The notes below the pieces were generated by a model that saw only the letters and a list, made by a program, of their open reading frames with translations, was not told the origin of the DNA and did not search any database. A DNA stretch of 64,000 bases from Phoronis australis (lineage: Eukaryota > Animalia > Phoronida). The stretch is from contig NMRA01000267.1 in the NCBI GenBank assembly GCA_002633005.1, forward strand, positions 351,765-415,764. The letters run 5' to 3'. The position numbers and the translations under genes are program-made. How positions within the stretch are numbered: the first letter of the stretch is position 1; every line of letters starts with the position of its first letter. Positions 1-12,948 of the stretch are shown here, piece after piece.

Positions 1-569
1 GGCAACTGAGAACATGCAAAAGGACGAAGTGCAGTTCGTGTAATGCTTCGTACGCATAAACTACATTAGAGGCAAGATTTTTTATTTTAGATTATGAACA
101 GGTTAGGAATGACTAAACAAATTATTATAAAGTCAGTTTCAGGAAAGGTGCGTTATGGCTTCTACAGAGTGCCAAATTTGGCCGAAAATGGCTTCAGTGA
201 AAACCTCAAAAATAGCCGTTTTTGCCTCACAAATTCAAAAGGTACAAATTTAAAAATGGATTTTGAAAGTTATGCCATTAAATTATTCAGCGTCTGCGCT
301 TTCAATTCGTATTATTCATTTGTTTTGACCTTACCACACATGCTAGTAAAATGCATTCAAACATGCCTACTTCGACGCCCAATTTTGTTGCAAAATGGAG
401 GTACAGGTCATAAAAAGAAAAATAATGAATGAAAATTCTTAAAAAGTGAGGTTTTTCTACATCTCAACAAACCAAACTCATGTGCTAAGTTTCAAAAAAT
501 CGGTGATTTTGGGTATAGACTCTACCTGTTGGTTTTTATATGGAGTCACTCTTAAGTCCCATTTCAGTA

Positions 570-1050
570 AAAATTCTAAGCTGTGATGAGAAAATTTCTA
601 TAATTTCATGCTTTTCAGAGATTCAATGAAATTCCACACATGATGTATCAAAGAAGCTTATACGTGTAATTTAAAGCATTGGTATCTCCAATCCCTCTCA
701 AATGTTTTCATGAATAAACAATAAATTCTGAATGTGTCTCTCAAAATATTTATTTATTAATGTGTGAAAAACTGAAATATTTACACCAAATATTTTTTTC
801 CAAAGCCAGACTGAGCTTCTGACATCGTTCCAATTTCTTCCGTCCAATTGTTGAACATGTTGCAATAATTCCCCTCTAAGGTTGGTAAAGTAGTTCTCTG
901 TGCCCCTTTGGACAGTACACCGAGTGAAATAAGTGCCACTGTCCAAATATGATTAAACAACCTGATCACTAAAGACTTAACTCAAGAGCACCAAATTTAT
1001 AAAAATCCAAAGCAATTACATCCAATTCTGCAAATTTAACGGTTTTCATT
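570..1050 (-). mobile_element. Degenerate non-LTR retrotransposon RT fragment
   Basis: Minus frames give LFNHIW..ALI...SKG, MSEAQSGFG and NISVFHTLINKY, typical of the LINE RT N-terminal region, with frameshifts. The paralog continues at ~37050-37800. Confidence 0.6.
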
Positions 1051-1130
1051 CGTTCAAAGATAATTAATTTAGCATTTAGCAGCCCCCAATACGAGTTTCT
1101 TAGGTTACTACTGCTATGTCCCCTAAAGGC

Positions 1131-1303
1131 AGATTTCGAAAGTAAAATCAGTAAAATTATTTTTAAGGTAAAAATCATGCCCTGAACGCATAACGCTGTT
1201 GAGGGGTTCAGGTTTAGAGATCATTTCTCGTAACTAACCAAGTTTCTGGTCGCTGTCTGCTTGGGTGAGCCCGTAAAAAGCAGAGTCAGCGCATTTATGA
1301 CGC
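1131..1303 (+). repeat. 173-bp direct repeat, left copy (candidate long TSD of the RTE-X-like LINE)
   Basis: agatttcg...gcgcatttatgacgc recurs at 8233-8405, and again at 40836-40986 and 42503-42674. Confidence 0.85.
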
Positions 1304-2419
1304 TTGAGAAGTGGTATTATGTAGTGCAGGTTGTCTCATAATATAAATATCTTGGAATATCTTTTACGCCAATATTAGTTTTGTCCAAGGCGACTAAGAC
1401 TCTTGCACGGCAAGGTAGTGAAACTACTATGTCTGTCTCTAAAAGTAGAAACCAGTGCACGGAATTACATGTACCACTGAGTCTATCACTTGAATTGTTT
1501 GATAAAATTGCTGTGCCAACTATGTGCTAAGGTGCGGAAATCTTGAGATTTAAAGAATATAAATGGCTTTAAAATGTATATCTTTAATTCTGTATAACAT
1601 TGCTTTTGAAGTTCAAAATTCTTGGTCAAACGCAGCTGTAATGGGCGAATTTAGAATTTATCCGCTCTGTGCAAAGTATTATGCCACATGTGTAAAATAT
1701 TGGCTAAAGTTGTTGAAAATGCCACCTACTAAATACGCTATTAAAGCGGCCTATGACATGATAGCTGATTTAGATCACAACGGAAGAAATACTTGTGTAT
1801 CTTCTGTTAGAGAATTACTATCAAAATACCGTTCTTATGAAAGTTAGTTGAATCATAGATTATAGACAACAGATTCGCAACTCCGACATTTTCTTCAGTG
1901 CTAGCCAAGAGACGCCGCCCCTCTCCTAAATTCTCTGATGCAGTTTCCGGTTAGTGAATTTTGACGAGAAATATTTGCATCTAATTTACTGTCCAGTACA
2001 ACGAAAAAAATATTAATTTTGGCATAGAAACGCTGTTCGAAGTCTTTCAGTAGTAGAAGTGTTGGTATCGTGAGTACTTTTACAATACTACTGTTAATTA
2101 ATTACAAAATTCAAACTTCGGTGCCGACTGATTATGTGGTCTGCTTGCCCAATAGCATAGCAGCATAGTTATCGGACAGTTTTTTGATTTATGGTTCACA
2201 TAGGTAAACTACTGAGAAAACTACGAAAGCATGTTTGTGCACAAATTCCAAGGAGTACCTGTGAATGCAAAAGATACTTATATAACGTTTTTGGTTTAGA
2301 AAAAATATTAATTTCGTTCGAATTAAAAATGCGCCTCTGCAACGATTTGACTAGTTGAACCTTTGCATGTTTATAATTCAACATTCTCAAGTGAGCAGTT
2401 CTTCTGGGAAGAGTTGAGT

Positions 2420-2435
2420 GGCCCTTAAAAGGGCC
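2420..2435 (-). promoter_or_regulatory. Histone-type 3' UTR stem-loop with downstream purine element
   Basis: Minus strand reads CCAAC-GGCCCT-TTTA-AGGGCC-ACTCA, then AGAAGAACTG about 14 nt downstream. This matches the 6-bp stem/4-nt loop SLBP consensus and HDE spacing. Confidence 0.75.
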
Positions 2436-2482
2436 GTTGGTTGTAGTGCGCATAAGCCTTATGCTTAGGTATAGCGTGAAAT

Positions 2483-2498
2483 GGTTCTTAAAAGAACC
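2483..2498 (-). promoter_or_regulatory. Second histone-type 3' stem-loop
   Basis: Minus strand reads TCAAC-GGTTCT-TTTA-AGAACC-ATT, 10 nt after the TGA at 2511-2509. Confidence 0.65.
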
Positions 2499-2508
2499 GT
2501 TGAATAAT

Positions 2509-2871
2509 TCAACATAAATCACACAGAATACCGTGCTCACTCAAGTACTGAAGGTCGTCTTCATTCAAGTTCTCATCAGGGAAGGTTGGATGAAAACAGA
2601 GGAGATGACAATATCGATGACAGTTGTAACACCTTATATAAATGTTACCGTTCTCCAACGTTATCACGAACCCTGTCTCTTTCAGTTCTTGTTTCTGTAT
2701 TCAGAAGTAACCATGAACCGTATCGAAAAAAGACATACAACAAAAACGAATCAAATTTGGAAAATCATCGGCTTCGTATGATTCCGTGTTGCTGTCGCCA
2801 GACTGATGTTTCTCCCCAACATCAATGCCGAAAATCGACGTTACAAGTGATGGAAACTTGTGTCCTTTGTT
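2509..2871 (-). pseudogene. Degenerate ORF ending in a PHD/RING-like zinc finger
   Basis: Hand translation: ...PNLIRFCCMSFFDTVHGYF*IQKQELKETGFVITLENGNIYIRCYNCHRYCHLLCFHPTFPDENLNEDDLQYLSEHGILCDLC*. It shows a C-x2-C-x4-H-x2-C...C-x2-C pattern with one internal TGA at 2703-2701. Confidence 0.55.
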
Positions 2872-3206
2872 TCAAACTTTTAACCCATTTTTAAGAAAGG
2901 GGTGTACTGATGTTGATAGAGCATAACTTTTGGTTTTTACAATGCATTAACTGTGTTGAATGCATTGATATTAAGTGGCTTCATTGAGTTGAACAGAAAA
3001 TAAATTAAATGTAACGAAATAAAGTTTTGAAAATAAATAGAGCAGTAACAGGACTCCCTAAGAATCGAGCTGTTTTCGAAAACTGCGCCATTTCTGATCT
3101 GATTGGTTCATGCATTTACTGCGGGAAAATAATAGACCAAGTATAGTGCACGTGTGGACTGTAGCAACACTTTGTATCTTATTTTTATTTGGCCAATCTG
3201 TTGATA

Positions 3207-3936
3207 CAGTAAATTTCCTTATTTATGCCCATCCTGATTTGACCGCAACTTGAGCTTGTTAGGTTCTATCATATATTGGGTTGGCATTGGGACAAACATG
3301 GTGCTTACTCGAATGGGCTTCATTTTACCAACTATTTCAAATTGTGTAAGTGAAGTAAGTAAACAAATTGGGTCATTATCATCACCGGAATTTCATCATT
3401 AGTATCTTTGCCGTGTGCTCAAATTTTTTGATGCTAGGGATTGTCAGATTTGTAAGGTAGAAGTGTTTCGCTGGATTTCCAGGTCTATGGCGTTATTTAT
3501 ACCGGACCAAAATTAAAAAAAAACGAGACCTTTGTTTAAATCAGGAGCTGCATGATACATGTTTTACCAGACTTGCACAGGCAGTGCATGTGGGCCCTTT
3601 GCACTGATCACTTGGAACCATTTTTATGGTTTATTAATATATAGTTAAACCAAGCCGAGGAGCTTGAAACCTGATTCACGGCAATTTTTGGCAGCGGGAT
3701 TTTCTTGAAAATGCTCGTAAGTTAACAACAAAGTTTGACAGCAACGCACTGCAGTTTTGTAGAAACTCTGTCATAGGTTTCAGATGCGTCACAGAACGTA
3801 AATTTGATGAATTCTAGTTTATGATGTCACCTGTTTCGTAGACTGGGTTTCAACCACTTTTGGGCTATAATAAGCGCCCCTCTTCCTGAAGCGGATTTTT
3901 TCTAAGCGCCCTGGCCGCTTATTAGGGCGAATACGG
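3207..3936. mobile_element. Possible Tc1/mariner-pogo type MITE
   Basis: Ends are ta|cagtaaat... and ...gaatacgg|ta, with subterminal taagcgccc repeats. TIR similarity is weak. Confidence 0.35.
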
Positions 3937-4554
3937 TAATATTTCACAAGGGCAATACTTAGTATCATTTATGCACGGGACCCTTTTGTTACATTAGGAG
4001 TCCGATTGGTTCGTTATGTAGCCTACAGGTGGCATACGGGTTGAAGAATTTTGTTTTCGTCATAAACGTTCGTTTGAAAGGCTTAAGTTTGGATTTGTTA
4101 GGACTTAAGACGGAAATTTAAAAACCATTTGTCCGCTTACAAAAATTTAACATTAAAGAATAAAAACAACCTTCACACGGCTCTGGTGTTCCTATTCCAT
4201 GCTTTCAAAGAAGTTGGTTGCATTTTCATAGACTGCAGTCGAGAGACTTTGTGCGGCATACAGTCGACATTAATAAATGAGTGTGTAACCTGCTGTTGAA
4301 TTGCGGGTGGTTATTTTTGAAGTATTAATGTAATCTTTATTTACGTTACAGGTTTTACTAGCGTTCTATTTATTTGTACACGAATGTGAATTTGTTGAAA
4401 TCACTGATCCAAATCCTGGCCAAATGTGCGCATTCTGCTGAGACCAACCGTCTGATCAGGGCCAGCGAAGAGTAATTTGGTTAATTCGCTCACTAGACTA
4501 TGGCTGAATTTCCTCGTAAGGACAAGAGTTCACGAGTCACTACCTTTGGAAGAA

Positions 4555-4900
4555 TTTTTTTATTTTTATTATTTTCATTAATGTAATATTTTCATAGAGG
4601 GCAGCCCCATCAGTTCACACTGCTTTCCATGGGGCCCTCAGTAAAAAAACAAACAGGTAGTAAGACAAAAACAGAATTACAAAGACAAATTTAAGTAATA
4701 AGCAAAGAATAAGAAATTAAAACGGAAATACTGATGAAGCAAAATAAAAAAATAAAATATGATAAATAGAAGATAAAAAAATTAAGACTAGATAGTTAAC
4801 TGAAATATAAACATAAATATAAATATAAATATAAAAAATTAAAAACAGACAATAAATAATTAATAAAATTAAGACATTATATAAATAACAAACATATAAA
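4555..4900 (-). mobile_element. 3' UTR fragment of an L2/Crack-type LINE
   Basis: Minus strand has a T-rich tract, then a gagggcccc...ggggctgccctc hairpin, then an A-rich tail. Confidence 0.45.
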
Positions 4901-5643
4901 CATGCAATTCTTTCAGGACAATTTTCGTCAAAAATTTACCAGATAGTTTTCATCAAAACGGAGAAAAGAAAAATGTATTTGTGAAGACAGGATTAAGTAG
5001 TAGGCCTACCAGAGCCTCTTAAAAAACATTCATCTTCGAAGTGCCTTGAACAAATGTACAAAGTCTTATTGGTGAAACAACTGCCATTCACGTTCATACA
5101 AGAAGCTTTTCTTCCCACAGCCGATTATGGGGTCTTCGGATGGTATGGAAGCTAATCCCTTTGCATTTCGCGTGTGTGGCCAAACAACCGGCACACAGCA
5201 GCCAACCATGATTAGCAGACGACGTACTTGTCGGAAATTGCACCAGAAAATTTAGCCAGATGTCGCCAGGGAATAATGACGTTGGGGCGTATGCGAAAGA
5301 TCACAGATTTCGTCCATTGAAAGTATATGGAGTGGTTTCACGTGCGAAGTCTCGTTTCTAAGTATCTCCGTGCCAACTTACTGACTGTTATGAACAAGGT
5401 GGGCGATTAGAAATTGAACACAGTAAAAAACTCCAATACTACTTAAGACTCTGTACTGTTTTGAACCATAACTTACTGCTACGTGAGAGTCTTATTCAAT
5501 CGTTTTCTCGGTTACGTTGCTCCAGCAATTCACTTCAAGTGGAAGTAGATAGGCACGAGAAAGTGGAATATTATAATAGATTATGTTTGATTTGCAATGA
5601 TGGTCATGTAGAAGATGAATGCCACTTCCTGTTGATTTGCAAG

Positions 5644-8026
5644 CAGTGGCGGATCTACGGGGGGTTCAGGGGGTTTAAACCCCCCCTCGGGCCAGGACCC
5701 AAAAATTAAAAAAAAAACAAAAGCGTCGCCAGCAAAACAAAAACGGCACCGCCAGCGTGTGTAAACCCCAAGTAAACCAACTTGGAAAAATTTGAGGGGA
5801 GGGTTCACTCTGAAAATATATTTTTTTGCGTTGTGAATTGCTGAGTCTTTGTGGCTCATCGGCAAAACGCGTGGAGATTTATTGTGCGCGCGCTTCCGTC
5901 GACACTTCTGAAGTAGCCAAGCATTTTAGATGGATTCACCGCTGAAAGAGCAGTTCTATAGCTGATTTCTTTAGGTAACTAGCTTCTTTACTCTAAGATA
6001 TATTTTGATTTGATTAGGGGAAATACTGCGGTGCCGCAACCCTGATATTCAGGCGAATTGACGTGCAACGTGTTTACCTCATCTGTCATACCGTGTCATT
6101 CTATTACACTCCACACGTTTGTAACTGATGTATAGTAAAGTTGTCTTGCCCAGTATCATACAGTGTACATGTACATGTAATATTGTGTACATGTACATGT
6201 AATATTTTTGAAAAAAATTCTTTTTCCGAAGAATTGCTATTGTGGCGGGCGCCGTGGTCTGGTCGCGAGTCGGTTTGAAGACCCACTCTATAACAAATTA
6301 TGTCTATACAAGGAATGACCAAGGGGGCACTCACATTGAGAAAGTGACCGCATTCGCGAAAAGTGTACAGTACCAGAAATTGCGGGGAGGCTGTTCTTTC
6401 ACAACAAAGTCTTGCGGGATTCGTGCGATGTTCAATAGGCCTCCTAAGGAGCCCTAGTTCCGACCTCAACACCTACCGTCTGTCTACTTGCAATAAGCAC
6501 ACTGCCGTCTGGGAATTTCCGCAGAAAGGCTCACCCGATGAAACACTCATGTCCATGGGCATTTATTTGATATTAGTACTTCGGGTTTCAAGCGTTCAGA
6601 CATTGGGACGTTTATTTCGAAAATTGCAAGAGATACAAATAGGTCCTGGGATGCTTCGTCAAGGTTTAAGTAGTCCATGATGAACGGATCAAATTTAGTT
6701 GCGCATGTAAGTCTTTTGAATGGACTTGGCAACCTCAAGGGTCTTAGTGTCAACTGAGCTGCGAAACGAGATGCTGACATTGTAGAGGCTTACAAGCTCA
6801 TTGACTTAGCAGTTGACGAAGTGCAAGCGTTGGGAACAAACATCGAAGATATCTGGGTAGAATGGTTCCAAGACGAGCAAATCATTGGATCTGATATACA
6901 AATTCCTCAGTAGTCTAGACAACAGAAGGATAGGACTAACGTATGAGTAACCACTGGGGATTAAAATTTTAGAGAGAAGTTTTCAATTCAAAATTTTTTG
7001 CATAGTACACTTTAGGTCTCGCGACGGACCAGGCCAACTTGATTTGTGTAGATGTTGAGTTTCAGTGTACTTCTGGTCCCTCGGCGACTAGTCTTGTGAT
7101 TTTTTTTACCAAAGTGTGCTTTGTAAAACTATTCATCTCAGCCAGTACTGTTTGGTCCCGCGACAGATCGACTATTTTTAAAGAAATAAGCACAGGTGTA
7201 CTCTTGGTCTCGTGACGGACCAGGTCAGCTTTTTGTGTACTCTCAGTGTACATCTGGTCCCTCTGAAAACTAGTCCAGTGTATCCTTTCACCACTGTGCA
7301 CAGGATGTTTTGGTTTCGTGAAACTGTTTTCAGATAATTTGTTTCCTGATAGATTTGACGTTTTTCAATTGTTGTCAACGTGATTCAGCTTAATAAAGTG
7401 ATACTTAATTATTTATTGTCGCTTTTAATAATAGACTATGAGTTGAGAGCACCATCGTTCGCCAGTTTTTCTCGCAACGAGACAGAACACATGTTTTTTT
7501 TCGGACTAACAGTACAGGTCTTCGTTCTTAAACAACTTGAGGCTGCTGTTACCCCATCATCTGATATTCAAGTTTTTACGCCCCGTCGGTGCTCCTCAAT
7601 TATGCTCTTGAATATTTGGAAATTGTCTAAACCCCTGTATACACAACACAATTTTTCTTATACGACTATACGTATGCTAAAAAAGGTGTGTGTAAGCAGA
7701 TATTCCAACAAAAATTTTTGCTGGTGGCGTGAATCATACCCAGATGTGCACAATATGATTTCACGAAACTTATGTGCCAAGTTCATGTGACGAAATCGAG
7801 AAGGGTTTTTAATTATCTTAAGAAAAACCAGAGACATGTTAAGTGCCAGAAACTTACCAGGATGCATGGAAATTTCACTGTTTGGCTACAAAAACAAAAA
7901 ATTTCTTACACGGGAGGGGAAATCCCCTCCCGACCTCCTCCCGCTCGGCGCCACGCGCCTAGGACTCGACGTTGGCGGGAATCCTAAACCCCCCCTTGCT
8001 GAAAACGAACTGTAGATCCGCCACTG
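5644..8026 (+). mobile_element. hAT-derived DNA transposon with 5-bp TSD (hAT5-like) and decayed transposase remnant
   Basis: 15-bp TIR cagtggcggatctac; TSD gcaag at 5639-5643 and 8027-8031. Remnant LKGLSVN..KRDADIVEAYKLID at ~6730-6860 resembles ZMYM1/P52rIPK-type hAT. Internal ggtc(t/c)cg..gac repeats at 7016-7260. Confidence 0.85.
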
Positions 8027-8232
8027 GCAAGGGATATTGTGAACTTAGGTCGCTTTTTTGAAAGAAGTTTAATGGAAGCACTTAACTTAAGAATCCTGTT
8101 CATACCTCCTCTAAAAGTTAATCCAGATATATCTACGTATTCTGTCCTTAAAATGGATTGACTTCGTGTACAAATGTGCTTGTTTAATTTCTGTTTATCG
8201 TACTTTGGGCCACATGCCTTTGATAGAGTCAG

Positions 8233-8405
8233 AGATTTCGGAAGTAAAATCAGTAAGATTATTCCTAAGATAAAAACCATACCCTAAACCGCGTAACGCT
8301 TTTAACGTGTTCAGTTTTAGTTACTATTTCTCGTAACTAACCAAGTTTCTGGTTGCTGCCTACCTAGGTTTACCTCAGAAAGTAGAGTCAGCGCATTTAT
8401 GACGC
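8233..8405 (+). repeat. 173-bp direct repeat, right copy
   Basis: Matches 1131-1303. Confidence 0.85.
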
Positions 8406-9658
8406 GAGGGAGGGACGAAAGTGGCGACGACCAGAAATGGGGACGCGATAGGCAGAAATCTGAAATTTGGAACCATGAGTATCAAACGTTTTACAAAGTC
8501 AAATTAATTCCCCATATAATACTATTTACATTCTTACGTGCTTTAGTAAGTAGATCCCACCAGCAAAAATCATATAACCAGCGTTGTTTTCGCTTTGGGC
8601 TGGGCTGAATACTAAACTTCAAAATTATCCGCCAGATAAGTTTGATTGTTGCGCGACATTAGGTGCATTGTTCAACACTAACAACGTGGCGCGTGGCACT
8701 GCGACGTCATTGTTGCTATGCAACGAATAACTTTTATGCAAGTGTGGTAATAGCATGATAACAGTTTATTTTTAATAGTTGCTTCAGTCAGGAAACGGGG
8801 GAAATAACAGCTTTTCTTGTAGATTCTCTGTTGAGTATGCCAGCTATTAGATCACGAAATCGAGTGTCTGAAACTAGTTCTGTGATTTGTTTCGATATTT
8901 TCTGTTTTTCTTTCGTACGATTTTATGTCTCGGTTGTAAAGTGCACAATCTAATTTGAACGTCTTTAGCTTTTGCAAAGACATGTTTTCTTGTCATTTCC
9001 TATGGTGTTACCAAAATATTTATATAGCTTGAAATATGAAACCTTGCCTCTTTTGAAGACTCTATTTTAACATGTAGGAGCAAGAGCGTCTTTAAATCTT
9101 TATTTTTCAACCACCTGTGAGCTATTTTCATTTTTATTTCTGTAAAATGATTTTTTTAAAAGTGATGTCCCAAACGAAGAGTTATTGACAATGAGTATGG
9201 CCAGTTTTGAAATGAAAATTGTAAAAGGATCATTCAAATAGGAATGTCTTTGTTTGTTTGTTTGTTTTTTGTTTGTTTATTGGTGTTTTTTCTTCGCATT
9301 TCAGATTTCCTGGTGCAACGTACAATGAAAACAAAATAAAGCAAATTCATCGCTGGTCCAAATATCACATCTTCCAACTGTGTCGGTGGGCGCAAGATCA
9401 AGGCAGTGCATGATAACACCATATGCCCTCTATTAGACAGTTTGTAGCCTATTCAATAAATTGTGTCGATCGCTTTTAGTTGTTTTTGAATAACAGTACA
9501 CGAGGAGTTCTTAAAATTTGTGTGACGTAGCTCTGCAGAATATGATAACCCACCCCCGGTACTGAGATGAACGAACTGGTGTACATGGCACGACGTTGTC
9601 GTCACCAACGAGATGTAGCTCATTGGTCGTCACTTAACTGCACTTATGCTTTCCCGCA

Positions 9659-12600
9659 ATCAACAAAGACAGCCACACCATAGTAGAGCTTGTGGATACT
9701 CACAGTTTCAAAACCACTGACAGGCAACTAGAGATCATTAGTGTCACTGATCCTAGTTTCTGCCACCCATTCACACTAGTCAATCTGTATATACGGGGTA
9801 ACTCCTCCCCTAGATGCGACCATTGGAATTTTCTTGACAATCTGCTTCACATCTATCATGGCATTGTTATTGTTGGTGACTTTAATGCTCGGCACTCTAG
9901 CTGGAATGGTAAAGGTCTCGCCGAATGCCTTCCAGAACTAGATTTATATATTCTCAACTCTGGTGAACCCAAAGGATGGATGAGAGACCGGGTGACAAGG
10001 ACTCGTGCATTGACCTTGCTCTGAGCAGTGGCAGTCTTCGCGAACGTGCTGAGTGGCGTAGAAATTGTCAAGCTGGAAGTGATCACTACCCCTGTGCGAG
10101 GTTCAACTACACCACCAATTAAAGGCTTCAGTAACAACTTATAAACGACCCTACAATAAAACCGAAGGAGATGAAATCTGGAAATCAGTATGCAGACACG
10201 CCAAAAGCTTACATAAGCACGTATGCCACCACAGGAGGCAGAATGCCCCTACTTGGTGGAATAAAGATGTTGACTCTTCCCAGGGATAACAAGCGCTCCA
10301 AAGAGCGGGGTTTTGATCGTGCACGCCAAAGCTGCACACCCCAAGAGTTCACGGTCGTCAGAACAGCCAGAAACAGGGCCACTGCCCTGTTTAAACGCTT
10401 AGCATCTGAGGCTGCCAATCGTCGATGGGATGAGCTTTGCAGTCGATCCAACTTACAGCTACAGATTTCTGGCACTTCTATCGTAACATGGACAAGAGAC
10501 GCGCTCCTCCCAGATCCATCCTACTGAATGCAAGCAACATCATTCTCAGGGGTAACAGGGAACAGGGTGAAACGTTTCTCCTGCGTTTCATCCGGCAAAG
10601 TGACCACAGGGATGATTCTGAAAGAGACCACTTCATCCAACTACTAGATGGACTTTGCAGGACTGCTGAACAGGACAGTCAATTCTCTACAGCAGAGGTT
10701 GCGGATGCTATCAAAACTAACAAAGATGGTGCCCCTGGACCCGATGGCGTGAGAGTCCTGACACTCAAGTGTTTTCCCGGCTCTCTGCTGGCCAAGCTTG
10801 TGAAGTCCTACAACGTGAGTTTGGCCATTGGAATCATCCCTCACATCTGGACATATGCCTTCTTAACTCCTGTACCAAAACCTGGAAAAGACCATCGCAC
10901 ACTCAAGGGATATCGCATCATAGTGATGCAGAGGGTCATTGGAAAAATCCTTGAAAGGATCATGGCGCAAAGAATCACCAAGTTCATTGAACCCTGGCTC
11001 CTCCCCAGATTGGGTGCTTATCGACCTGGTAGAGATTGGGCCAATGCAGCTTCTGTTGCAGATGAGATATGGCAAGGTTTTGAAAACAAAGAAAACACTA
11101 TCCTCGTTGGCCTTGATCTGGAAGATGTGTACAATACTGTTCAGCTTCCAAAACTTACGGATGGCATGTACGGTGTATTAGGTGGGTGATGAGTGCCCTC
11201 AACAGCCGGCGATGCATGATAAAATATCGCACATGGCATTCAGAATGGGTGTTTGTCAACACAGGCTTACCCCAAGGTTCACCTCTGTCCGCAGTGCTGT
11301 TCCGTATCTACACCCTCCCACTCGCCAGACTGAACCGCGCCGACTGCAGACTTCGCACCTGTGAAGACGACACGCTGCTGTCATTGCAAGGACAAACACA
11401 TCGTGAGATTCTCCACAAAGCGCAGTCTACGTTGTCGAAAATCTGTGAGTATTGTGCTACCAGCGGAATGAGCTGCAATGGAGACAAATGTGAAGCTCTC
11501 TTCTGTACTTTGGACAATCGCCTCATTGTCGATGATTTCCCTTGCCCTACCTACTATGGGAAAAGGATTGCAACATGTGACCAGATGCGCCATCTGGGTG
11601 TAGAACTCGACCGCAGGCTCAATTTCACTACTCAAGTCAACAGTATGATCAGCCGTGCTAAAAGAGGAGTTGATGTCATTAGGGTTGCGGCTGGTCGGAA
11701 GGCGGAGGAAAGGCACCTCGCCATGCTTTATAGAGTCCTCGTTACTTCGGTCCTCGACTACGCTCTTCCCATGATCAACATCAGTAAAACTCAAATCAAC
11801 AGACTTGAGAGACTTCATAACATTGGTCTTCGCGTCATCACTGGATGTACGAGGTCTACGTCAGTCTTAGCATTACGCTACCTTGTCGGTGTTCCCAGCA
11901 TTGCAGACAGACAATTTCTTCCACATGGTATTACTGTAGCCAAAGCTGTTCAAAGCCCCTTCCATCCGCTGCACAGTCAAGTGAAGACTGCACTTGACAC
12001 GGGCTTGAACCCCGTCCCTGCAACGGAAGCTTATCGACTTCGCCCTAGACCTTTCCGCAATGCCCCTCCACCAAAGACTTAGCAGGTGCTCGTGTACTGT
12101 CGCTGCTGTAAACGTAACCATGGGTCTCATCGGTGAACACATGATCGCGCAAGAGGCTGCTTGGTGAGAACCCGAATGTCACCATTGCTTTCAACAGGGA
12201 AGCTCGGGAATGGCCTCCTGGAGAAGCCCAAGCATTGTGCCGTCAGCAATGGCGTGATCTTGGCGGTATTAATGCCATCATTGTAGCAACAGGTGGATCC
12301 TTCGATGGTGAAACTAATCGTGTGGGATGGGGTTATCAAGTACTCGTGCTAACAACATCATAGCGGAAGGCAGTGGCTACCACCATACACTGTATATACA
12401 CAAGCAGTACCCGGATGGAATTTGAAGCCATACAACGTGACCTTACTAAGCTGTCACCCCTAGACCTAGAAAATCACACCATTATCTTTGCCACCGATTC
12501 CATGGAAGTGCTGATGAATATTAAATCTGGAAACCTCCCGGCCAACTGGAGTGTCTTCCGATCACGCTACTCTCATCACATTGTGATCTGGTCTTTCGTA

Positions 12601-12948
12601 CCTGTCCACGCCGGTGTCTTGGTTAATGAGCGTTCAGATTACCTCGCTGGCTCATGCACCACCAACCAACCCCTCTAATTATATTCGGCTGATGTTAAGC
12701 TGCTGGCCCACAAACGCACCCTCGAGCAGACTTCGACCCAATGATGGTAGCCGACTGCTCGAAGCTGGTATTATCTGTGGCCAAGCTACTAAGAGTCACA
12801 AAAGTCATGCCCGAGTGTTGTCAAATCAGATACTTACAGGCAACGTCAGCCCTGGAGTTCTGCGCCTTTTACTGTCACGGGGGTCTGGGGAGGGGATCAA
12901 TGCACAAGCATATCCCGAATGATCCTGTCCGTGACAGGTATTTCAGTA
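9659..12948 (+). mobile_element. 5'-truncated I-group (I/Nimb/Ingi-like) LINE with APE endonuclease, RT and RNase H; frameshifted
   Basis: Motifs: VGDFNARHSSW (APE); APGPDGV, PVPKPGKD, GLPQGSPLS, CEDD in place of YADD, HLGVELD (RT); TDS, VPVHAGVLVNERSDYLA (RNase H). 9-bp TSD tttcccgca at 9650-9658 and 12949-12957. Empty site in the paralog at ~43786-43800. Confidence 0.95.

Larger units (their letters stand above)
1304..8232 (+). mobile_element. 5'-truncated RTE-X/Crack-like LINE 3' half, fragmented by nested insertions
   Basis: 1563-1847 has NAAVMGE..YPL...VKYWLKLL. 5461-5643 has FSRLRCSSNSLQVE..R...RLCLICNDGHVEDECHFLLIC (C-terminal CCHC), which resumes as KGYCELR after the hAT insert. 3' end tttgggcc..atgcctttgata is at ~8204-8224. 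Confidence 0.7.

Noticed and set aside
1-555. Right end of a Sola3 or Kolobok element (gagtcactc|ttaa)
   Set aside because: The other terminus is outside the window, and ORF 94-432 has no recognisable motif.
2196-2540. Histone gene or pseudogene at the stem-loops
   Set aside because: No frame I translated resembles H1, H2A, H2B, H3 or H4 beyond a chance TLY tripeptide.
1854-4502. P-like element with CATAG ends and gttgaat/gctgaat TSD enclosing the stem-loop region
   Set aside because: The TIR match is only about 5 bp and the TSD is imperfect, so boundaries cannot be supported.
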